NCBI GenBank assembly: GCA_002269645.1
Contig: NIVC01003719.1
Location: 1 to 28,360 of the forward strand
DNA: 28,360 bases
Reading direction: 5' to 3'
Source: Macrostomum lignano
Taxonomy: Eukaryota
In this document: one piece after another, positions 23,001 to 28,360 of the stretch
Position numbering within the stretch: position 1 is the stretch's first letter
Layout of the letters: every line of letters begins with the position of its first letter
Position numbers and translations under genes: made by a program
The notes under the pieces: generated by a model
Database searches by the model: none
Seen by the model: only the letters and a program-made list of their open reading frames with translations
What the model was told of the DNA's origin: nothing

Positions 23001-23049
23001 CGGCTCGCAGGGCCTGGTGCCCAGCAACTTCCTCCAGCTGATGGTCTGA
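1773..23049 (+). CDS. RIMBP2: RIM-binding protein (RIM-BP family; coiled coil, SH3, 3x FN3, 2x SH3), multi-exon gene of about 1,250 aa
   Basis: Family motifs: LKKRNAELAAIARRLEEK, ARLRELEKKSELQSLRHEELMLEL, PPRQLTVERQLANSVLIGW (FN3-1), PDPPMDVTAEPGPQDGSLLLTWLP (FN3-3), FVALFDYDPAVMSPNPDAAAVELAFKEGQLIK and [24 protein letters not shown] (SH3-2 and SH3-3). The GT-AG exons join in consistent phase. The 5' start and the orthology to any one vertebrate paralog are uncertain. Confidence 0.93.
3456..3737 (+). CDS. RIMBP2: RIM-BP exon, coiled coil (EQKQAQQQQ...LQDRLDSSDGQ)
   Basis: accag|gag acceptor (exact 5' boundary uncertain), heptad-rich GC-biased codons, donor cag|GTGAGG. Confidence 0.85.
3775..4680. 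repeat. Intronic 21-bp CT-rich minisatellite (ctctctgctcctctcttccat), ~43 copies
   Basis: 7-aa periodic ORFs on both strands (SLLLSSI / MEERSRE); lies between donor 3738 and acceptor 5023. Confidence 0.97.
5024..5134 (+). CDS. RIMBP2: RIM-BP exon (ALNADST...QLRVENQQL)
   Basis: ctcgcag| acceptor, |GTAAGA donor, 37 codons, phase 0/0. Confidence 0.85.
5193..5352. repeat. Intronic 20/22-bp minisatellite (ctcagacacaacccagtcagct / ctcagacacaacccagtgaa), ~8 copies
   Basis: Direct tandem copies fill most of intron 5135-5369. Confidence 0.93.
5370..5513 (+). CDS. RIMBP2: RIM-BP exon with the conserved LKKRNAELAAIARRLEEK motif
   Basis: acccag| acceptor, tcg|GTTCGT donor. The motif resembles the KRKNAELAVIAKRLEE segment of RIM-BP1/3. 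Confidence 0.9.
5710..5811 (+). CDS. RIMBP2: RIM-BP exon (SRAAAAEYRQQL...EAQLR)
   Basis: tacttacag| acceptor, |GTGAGT donor, 34 codons. Confidence 0.9.
5989..6084 (+). CDS. RIMBP2: RIM-BP exon (STRSLDSETLQSMLRTAERDRLMLERQLAWNR)
   Basis: ttcgcag| acceptor, |GTGAGA donor, 32 codons. Confidence 0.9.
6684..6863 (+). CDS. RIMBP2: RIM-BP exon (EQQLQKQAG...RRQVSRVPQL)
   Basis: ccttctag| acceptor, |GTGAGG donor, 60 codons. Confidence 0.88.
6922..7192. repeat. Intronic 41-bp G-rich minisatellite (agatgggtggggatatcagaggggaaatgaggggatgaatt), ~7 copies
   Basis: 41-bp period between copies starting at 6964 and 7005. Confidence 0.93.
7231..7314 (+). CDS. RIMBP2: RIM-BP exon (ESAVAAKSNELEQLRVHLNECTTKNALL)
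   Basis: ttttttctag| acceptor, |GTGAGA donor, 28 codons. Confidence 0.9.
7489..7578 (+). CDS. RIMBP2: RIM-BP exon (EKQLNALHEDNTALSIKYSDLQTQLQHSDE)
   Basis: ccgcag| acceptor, |GTGAGC donor, 30 codons. Confidence 0.9.
7815..7937 (+). CDS. RIMBP2: RIM-BP exon (VIQSTKRLEDAL...SNELIMK)
   Basis: acctcag| acceptor, aag|GTACAG donor, 41 codons. Confidence 0.88.
8035..8364. repeat. Intronic 31-bp minisatellite (gcgaccttgaaattaatctatttttagcatc), ~9 copies, with two alternating variants
   Basis: TAG recurs every 31 bp from 8111 to 8359. The last copy supplies the real splice acceptor. Confidence 0.95.
8362..8466 (+). CDS. RIMBP2: RIM-BP exon (HMRESLEKKRELDGEQARLRRLIEEK...); 3' end uncertain
   Basis: tttttag| acceptor. 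Best phase-0 donor is acg|GTGAAT at 8467; an alternative weak donor lies at 8439. Confidence 0.75.
9590..10330. repeat. Intronic 19-bp purine-rich minisatellite (gagaggaggagagggtgga)
   Basis: 19-aa periodic ORFs on both strands. Confidence 0.97.
10559..10606 (+). CDS. RIMBP2: RIM-BP 48-nt mini-exon (SSAGGAGGEETVDALR)
   Basis: tatttcag| acceptor, |GTGAGT donor. It reads directly into ARLRELEKK of the next exon. Confidence 0.85.
11385..11745. repeat. Intronic 21/42-bp AT-rich minisatellite (atcgatcgataagatatgggt / atcaatcaatcagatatgaat)
   Basis: Alternating 21-bp subunits that end just before the acceptor at 11761. Confidence 0.92.
11762..12047 (+). CDS. RIMBP2: RIM-BP exon (ARLRELEKKSELQSLRHEELMLELEA...RHAVPN)
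   Basis: ctcaag| acceptor (AAG), a|GTGAGT donor in phase 1. The coiled-coil motif matches the RIM-BP family. Confidence 0.9.
12165..13080. repeat. Intronic 31-bp purine-rich minisatellite (gagatgcgagtgggatgagaggaagagggtt), ~29 copies
   Basis: 31-aa periodic minus-strand ORFs. Confidence 0.97.
13553..13725. repeat. Degenerate GGGAAACCC / GGAATTCCC repeat cluster
   Basis: About 10 near-palindromic ggga(a/t)(a/t)ccc motifs within 170 bp. Confidence 0.7.
13971..14188 (+). CDS. RIMBP2: RIM-BP exon with a polyglutamine tract (...SQYMPQKQLQ(n)VSAISASG...GQEEH)
   Basis: Phase-1 acceptors at 13970 or 13991, a CAG/CAA run at ~14045-14098, and donor cat|GTGTGC in phase 0, matching the exon at 14884. 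Confidence 0.7.
14258..14835. repeat. Intronic 53-bp minisatellite (aaagccagccaatcagcgagcgcacacgggttagaaggaaaatcgatactctc), ~11 copies
   Basis: 53-bp period between copies starting at 14259 and 14312. Confidence 0.96.
14884..14983 (+). CDS. RIMBP2: RIM-BP exon with the C-terminal half of the first SH3 (AKSGFAYTELSDGHHGYIPSNYSE)
   Basis: ttgccag| acceptor, g|GTAAAA donor. The sequence resembles the RIM-BP SH3 consensus DGFY-GEL-DG--GLVPSNF. Confidence 0.85.
15552..16572. repeat. Intronic 10-bp minisatellite (gatcacacct), ~100 copies, degenerating toward the 3' end
   Basis: Direct tandem copies. Confidence 0.97.
16618..17021 (+). CDS. RIMBP2: RIM-BP exon, FN3 domain 1
   Basis: Branch-like CTGAC, poly-C tract and acggCAG| acceptor (phase 1); PPRQLTVERQLANSVLIGWLPP...YRVYVDG...HRICVRAV; donor |GTGTGT. 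Confidence 0.92.
17043..18113. repeat. (GACT)n microsatellite, ~260 uninterrupted units (17043-18082) plus a degenerate tail
   Basis: Perfect tetranucleotide array filling intron 17022-18140. Confidence 0.98.
18141..18725 (+). CDS. RIMBP2: RIM-BP exon, FN3 domains 2 and 3
   Basis: tttaacag| acceptor; VSHVTHASAKL...YRVCVRAR...FRTG; PDPPMDVTAEPGPQDGSLLLTWLPV...VTGYAVY...LTVRT...ESADS; donor |GTGCGT. Confidence 0.95.
18878..19093. repeat. Intronic 21-bp minisatellite (gcagacacagtctagacagct), ~10 copies
   Basis: 7-aa periodic minus-strand ORFs (CVCSCLD). Confidence 0.95.
19925..21270. repeat. Intronic 21-bp minisatellite (gaggatgtagattcagtgaat) that changes into an alternating 21+23-bp higher-order repeat
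   Basis: EDVDSVN heptads run to ~20480; after that, units with gtatagat alternate with 21-mers. Confidence 0.96.
21603..21678 (+). CDS. RIMBP2: RIM-BP linker exon (AGKISVESARKRLTRNPSAPETATI)
   Basis: aatcttcag| acceptor, c|GTAAGT donor. Phase 0/1 bridges exon ends 18725 and 21827 exactly. Confidence 0.8.
21827..22152 (+). CDS. RIMBP2: RIM-BP exon, acidic/Pro-rich linker plus the N-terminal half of SH3-2
   Basis: gcttacag| acceptor; DSESEYDDEY...RIFVALFDYDPAVMSPNPDAAAVELAFKEGQLIK; donor |GTGAGC. Confidence 0.95.
22696..23049 (+). CDS. RIMBP2: RIM-BP terminal coding exon, C-terminal half of SH3-2 plus SH3-3
   Basis: ccccccgcag| acceptor; [30 protein letters not shown]...MVALYDYDP...[12 protein letters not shown]. 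Confidence 0.96.
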   Translation: [117 protein letters not shown]

Positions 23050-23083
23050 CGAACTGGCGAGCGACTGACTAAGGACGACTTAA

Positions 23084-23747
23084 GAGGGACGGGAGGCCTC
23101 GTTTCTTGGAAAATTTTTGAAGGCAGGCTTTTCCGAAAAATACACTACGGAGATAGGAAGTTTTCATTTCTTCAGCACAAGGACTGCTGTTGCTTTTGAT
23201 GGGAGGCAGATCCAGTGTTCATCTTTTGATATGTTGTGCCTTTCTTATTGCTCTATCGATACTCATGGGGCTTTTCGCTCAAAGAATTAGGGATTCTATG
23301 CTAATTTTTATTCTACATACATTTGCACATATTCTTGTGCCTAAAAACCATTAAAATGGCACAGCTCAGCTCTTGGTTTTAAGATTTCATTTTATAATTC
23401 CTAGCTGACTGTGTAGCAAATATTTGTAACAGAGATGATAAAATAGATTTATAAAACCAAAGATTGGAGCTGTGCCATGCATTTTTATGATTGTTAGTTA
23501 CAGGAAATGTACGTAGAATAAAAAATTCACATAGAATCCTAATTCTTTGAACGAAAAGCTTTGTGAGTATTGATAGAGCAATAAGAAAGGCACAACATAT
23601 CAAAAAAATGAACACTGGATCTGCCTCCAATCAAAAGCAACAACAATTTTTGTGCTGAAAAAATGAAAACTTCCTATCTCCATAGTGCATTTTTTTCGGA
23701 AAAGCCGCCTTCAAAAATTTTCCAAGAAACGAGGTTTCCCGTCCTTC
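23084..23747. mobile_element. 664-bp non-autonomous foldback DNA transposon (MITE) flanked by TTAA, Kolobok-like termini
   Basis: The left arm (gagggacgggaggcctcgtttcttggaaaatttttgaagg...) is the reverse complement of the right arm over ~320 bp with scattered mismatches. TTAA lies at 23080-23083 and 23748-23751, and the termini are GA...TC. No coding capacity. The superfamily assignment is inferred. Confidence 0.8.
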
Positions 23748-23884
23748 TTAAGTTGTTCCTTGCCATGACCATGTAGAACTCAAAGATCGTGTAATTTTTT
23801 GGAGGCTAATTTCCTGAAAAAAGTACACTGCGGAGATAGGAAAAAATATTTTTTTCATTACAAAATCTACAATGATTGCAATTG

Positions 23885-24251
23885 ATCTGGGACAGTGAAG
23901 ATTATAACCATTCTTTTAATTTAGCACGCACAGCATCATGTTACACTCTGTTATAATTTATATACTTTGTAATTAAAGTTTCAATTTCATATTGTAATTT
24001 TCTTCTTTTTTCATAGGCCCAAATTTTTATGCACAAATTTTGTATGATAGGAACTAATATAAATTGACAAAACAAAACAAAAAATTAAGCTACATGTAAT
24101 GCCACTTGTGAGCATTACAACTTTGGGCTCATCAAATAATAAGAAAATATAGTGATAATGAAACTCTCATTACACAGCTGTATAAAATATATAACAGAGT
24201 TACATGCTATGCAATCGAAATTAATAAATTGTAATCTTCACTGCCCCAGAT
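23885..24251. mobile_element. Older, degenerate foldback element or inverted repeat
   Basis: atctgggacagtgaagatta...ctctgttata...gcccaaa (23885-24040) is matched in reverse complement by tttgggc...tataacagag...taatcttcactgccccagat (~24120-24251). Confidence 0.65.
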
Positions 24252-25780
24252 AAAAAAGAAATTATTGATATTGTGATAAAAAAGAATATTTCGAGGGAAT
24301 TGGCCTCCAAAGGGTTGCACGAATTTTGAGTTCTGCGTCCTGTTATACTAAAGCGGTCTTGGACCACAGATTGATAGTTGGTTATTCAAATAAACTGCAT
24401 CCCTGTTGTTTATTAAGAGTTTACAGAACTCTCTATAATTTTGTACGCGATCATTTTTCGATCCGAAAGTCACTGGCTAGCTGATACCGACTTGTCATTA
24501 TTTTTATTGTAATTTTGTTTAAATTCGTTTTTAAATTATGCTTGTACGTGCTGTCTTGCCGCCATGCAAGTATTACGAATGCTGATCATTGTTTTAATAA
24601 TCTAAAATAACCCCATCGTATGTGATGTAGAGGTCCAAAACATTTCAAATCAAGAATTTCAAATAACTCGTTTTTGTAATAAATAAATTTGCGATAATTT
24701 TCTTTGGAGATGACTTTTTTGCGGTCAATATTCCAATATTAATATTTTCTATAGCATATTTTGGAGTCTGTCAAAATCGAGGACTGAACGAGAGATTTCC
24801 CAACAATAATGCTTAGTGTCCGAAAAATGGTATCACGACTTCTGCGGCTTCCAGCAGTGTCGACTTGACCAATATACAATTGTTTTTTATTTCCATAACA
24901 ACAATCAAATAATATTTTAGATTGTCTATGGTTCAATACTACTGACTAATCTTCCCCAGAAGTAGTTTTAAGGTTTATTATTTCGCCTGAATGTTTTTTC
25001 CCGCAATTAATCATTCCGTTTATATTCTACGGTTTTAGCTAGATTTGCATTTAAGCATTATTTGTTGGATTTCGCCATAGACAACAAGAGCTAAATCTGA
25101 AACAATAAAACTCAAATCAAGTTGATGATTCAGCCAAACAAATTGAGAATTTCCATTTGGCAGAAGTAGATTTGGTCTTGCCCATAGACATAGATAGACG
25201 GAAATAACGCAAGCTAGTTGAGAATTCGGCCATAGACAAAGAAGGATTCCAGGAGCAACCTCTCTCATCTCTCATGGGCTCTCTCTCTCTCTCTCTCAGC
25301 TTTCAAATCTTGTATTGCATATTTTTAAATTGAGCTCATAGAAATAATGCTTAAACATCAACTTCCATAGATCAAAATTATCAACTTGACTGACAAATGC
25401 AATTTTTTTACAGTCTGGCGCGCTTTCTGAAACGTCGCATAGCGCTGCGTATGTAAAAAAATGTTTTAACAGCTTGGCCCAAATCTACGGGAGAAAGTCG
25501 AATTATTTCTGAATTGAGTAAACAGGAAGGGGGTGGATTTTTCTACCAACTATAAAATGGTTTTCGTGCTTAGAATTTTGTCTACTAATTTTGGATCGTA
25601 CTGTATGGCACAAATAGTTACTGGGAACAATGATTTACACTCGCTCACTTAATCTATAGCATAAGTGTCTGCAGCTGTTGCACTCTAGAGGCTCAAGACT
25701 TGGCTGAAGAACTTTGAGTCACACCTGACTGAGGAGTATTGAGTAGCCTACTGAAGTTAATCAGAATCAAAATTAATTAT

Positions 25781-25950
25781 CAAAGAGTCACAATCATGGC
25801 TAAAGTGTCAGAATCATGACCAAAGAGTCAGAATCATGATCAATGAGTCAGAATCATGATCAAAGAGTCAGAATCATGATCAATGAGTCAGAATCATTAT
25901 CATAGAGTCAGAATCATCATAGATTCAGGATCATGGCCAAAAAGTCAGAC
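25781..25950. repeat. 20-bp minisatellite (caaagagtcagaatcatgat), ~8 copies
   Basis: Copies start at 25781, 25801, 25821 and onward to 25901. Confidence 0.92.
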
Positions 25951-26294
25951 TTCTCACCAGAGTTAGAAAACTGAATTTCATGTGCAATAGCAAGTGCATT
26001 CTTGCAATTTCTACTAATAAAATCTAATTCAGTTAGTTGGGATCCAGCAATCCATCAGAAAGTGTTTGAGGCGTCCCCTCTTCACGAGGTATCGCGACTG
26101 TGAGAGTGCGAAAGCTTGATACTGTTTTATTATTTTGACAAGTTAGCAAATATTCTGTTGCAATTTGATTGCTAAAACATCTTGGTTCAACACACTTGGT
26201 GTTGCGCTAGTGGAGAAAAATTAATGACAGATTTTCTATTGCTTTTTCAACGCATTTACAGCGGTAACTGGAAACAATCACCAAGGGATGGGTA

Positions 26295-27005
26295 CTTACA
26301 GGGGTGACAGCTCGAAGGACAGTTACTTACAGAGGGTGACAGCTCGAAGGACAGTTACTTACAGAGGGTAACAGCCCGAAGGACAGTTACTTACAGGGGT
26401 GACAGCCCGAAGGACAGTTACTTACAGGGGGTGACAGCTCGAAGGACAGTTACTTACAGGGGGTGACAGCTCGAAGGACAGTTACTTACAGAGGGTGACA
26501 GCTCGAAGGACAGTTACTTACAGGGGTGACAGCTCGAAGGACAGTTACTTACAGGGGGTGACAGCTCGAAGGACAGTTACTTACAGGGGGTGACAGCTCG
26601 AAGGACAGTTACTTACAGAGGGTGACAGCTCGAAGGACAGTTACTTACAGGGGGTGACAGCTCGAAGGACAGTTACTTACAGAGGGTGACAGCTCGAAGG
26701 ACAGTTACTTACAGGGGGTGACAGCTCGAAGGACAGTTACTTACAGAGGGTGACAGCTCGAAGGACAGTTACTTACAGGGGGTGACAGCTCGAAGGACAG
26801 TTACTTACAGAGGGTGACAGCTCGAAGGACAGTTACTTACAGAGGGTGACAGCTCGAAGGACAGTTACTTACAGAGGGTGACAGCTCGAAGGACAACTTA
26901 CAGAGGGTGACAGCTCGAAGGACAGTTACTTACAGGGGTGATACACCGAATGACTGATTCTTAAAGGAAGTGACAGCCTGAAGGACAGGTGCTTACAGGG
27001 GTGAC
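26295..27005. repeat. 31-33-bp minisatellite (gacagttacttacagagggtgacagctcgaag), ~21 copies
   Basis: Direct tandem copies that vary in the G-run. Confidence 0.97.
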
Positions 27006-27130
27006 ATTGGGTGCACGTGCATCAACAAAGAAATAAAATTATAGAGGAAGTACGAAAGCAGCTCATCAATGGCCTCAGCAAAATTACGGTTGTCTAAAGG
27101 CCCAAATCTAGAAACGGGTTGCCTCTCGGA

Positions 27131-28121
27131 TCAGTAGCTGATCTGGCTGGTCCACACCTTGCAGCCCACCGCGCAGAGCACAATCCAGATGAGCAGCAGG
27201 CCAGGCCAAATATCAGCGAAGGCCACAGGATGCAGTGGAACACCAGAGTCTCGCTGAACTCGCGGCCATAGAGTGCCGAGTAGTCCACGCCGTTGGACTC
27301 CGAGCGAATGTAGCACGAGTAGTTTTGGCCCGAGGCGTACAGTGTCTTGTTTAAATTGGCAATCTGAGCGGCGTTCATTTGTCGGTCCTTGTAGCAGATT
27401 CTCGAGGCGCACTGGAAATATCGTGACGAGGCTCTCGTGCTAAGACTCTTGGTTCGATTCCGTGCGGGAACTCATTAATGTTTTGGCTTCACACCCATGA
27501 GAGCCAACACCTGCAGGGCACAGAGATCGTACATGCCTGACGATTAGAAAGTCAGGGCTGCTGTACACCCTGTGTGAGCTGTGTGCGCGAGTGCGTGTCT
27601 GCGTACAGTATTTGCGCGCTTGCATGTGCTCAGGATTCAGTGAAATGGGCAGAATTGTCTCAATTGGTTTGGCTGTGGGACAATATCGCCGAAGGCATTG
27701 CGCCAGAGTGCCCTGTCAGCTCTACATGCAAGAGCATTTTTTTAATTTTCAGAACCACACATCGAATTGAGCGACGCGGCAGCATAATAAGAATAGATGA
27801 GGTAGATCGCAGCCTCTCCCGACTGCACAGGCGCAGTCGCGGTCGTGAAGTTGACCGAGCAAGCAGGCACGGAAAGCTGGATGGATCATTGTCTGCCGCG
27901 TCTGGCAGAACTGGCTACCGGTGTAGCTGCTTGTCAGGTAGGGGCAGTGGCCGGCGAGAATTCATTCTCGCGCAGGTAGGGATCACAATGATGCCGAGGC
28001 AGATCATCTCGATCACGAATCCCATGACTAGGCTGGTGGCGCCGAAGATGTAGGCCCAGCGACCGAATCCGATGTCGATGCAGAGCCGATGGCACAGTTG
28101 GCTAATGCGCATGGCTTTCAT
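27131..28121 (-). pseudogene. CaKB/KCNMB-like two-TM protein (BK channel beta-subunit-like), two exons (28121-27761 and 27411-27131), frameshifted as assembled; either a pseudogene or assembly errors
   Basis: Restoring one base at five G/C runs gives MKAMRISQLCHRLCIDIGFGRWAYIFGATSLVMGFVIEMICLGIIVIPYLRENEFSPGHCPYLTSSYTGSQFCQTRADNDPSSFPCLLARVNFT...LNS / CASRICYKDRQ...NYSCY...LVFHCILWPSLIFGLGLLLIWIVLCAVGCKVWTSQISY*. Two TMs, a Cys-rich loop and PCL-x-x-VN plus FHC-x-x-WP motifs match KCNMB-type proteins. Confidence 0.75.
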
Positions 28122-28360
28122 TTGCTTTTTACTCGGCTCTGCTGCTGCCTGACCGAGTAGAAATATGCTTGGCTCTTTTTATTGCTGAGCTCTCATATAG
28201 CAGAAGGCGGAAGAAGATCTTGAGGCGGAATCTGTCTTGATCTCGCTTCAATTTTTTACGCTCCAATAGTCCCGCGTGTGCCCATTGGCGGCTTCCTGCT
28301 GGCCGAGCAATGTGAGGCGGACGCCAGTTCCACAGGGAGTCTTAACTTCCTTTTCCTTTT

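Noticed and set aside
24560-24936. Penelope-like fragments on the minus strand (YIGQ and LDLYIT...YLH)
   Set aside because: There are many stops, the motifs are in the wrong order for RT followed by GIY-YIG, and they are too short to support a call.
8078-27005. CRISPR-like regular repeats of 31-33 bp (at 8.1, 12.2 and 26.3 kb)
   Set aside because: The units are head-to-tail with no unique spacers, there are no cas genes, and the context is eukaryotic.
26295-27005. ttacttacag acceptor-like motif in each 32-bp unit
   Set aside because: It lies downstream of the RIM-BP stop and antisense to the CaKB-like gene, and I found no donor or exon that could use it.
27574-28053. 159-aa + strand ORF
   Set aside because: It is the antisense shadow of the GC-rich CaKB-like exon and intron, with no recognisable motif.

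Overview
This is eukaryotic (animal) genomic DNA with GT-AG introns, GC-rich exons and minisatellite-packed introns. That style resembles the flatworm Macrostomum lignano, but I cannot confirm the species. Most long ORFs in the supplied track are artefacts of tandem repeats. The main gene is a + strand RIM-binding protein (RIM-BP; RIMBP2/TSPOAP1 family). I assembled about 20 phase-consistent exons by hand from ~1773 to the TGA at 23049, giving roughly 1,250 aa: long coiled coil, polyQ, a partial first SH3, three FN3 domains and two complete C-terminal SH3 domains. About 11 of its 19 introns each carry a different tandem repeat. A 664-bp TTAA-flanked foldback element (Kolobok-like MITE) starts about 35 bp after the stop codon, and an older foldback follows it. 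At the right end, a convergent - strand gene encodes a two-TM, Cys-loop protein resembling BK-channel beta subunits (CaKB/KCNMB-like). It is broken by at least five single-base deletions in G/C runs. At the left end, an orphan 100-codon + strand exon encodes a possible short-loop two-TM protein with similar motifs. I found no RNA genes, CRISPR arrays or prokaryotic features, and nothing that I can confidently call a new biological system.
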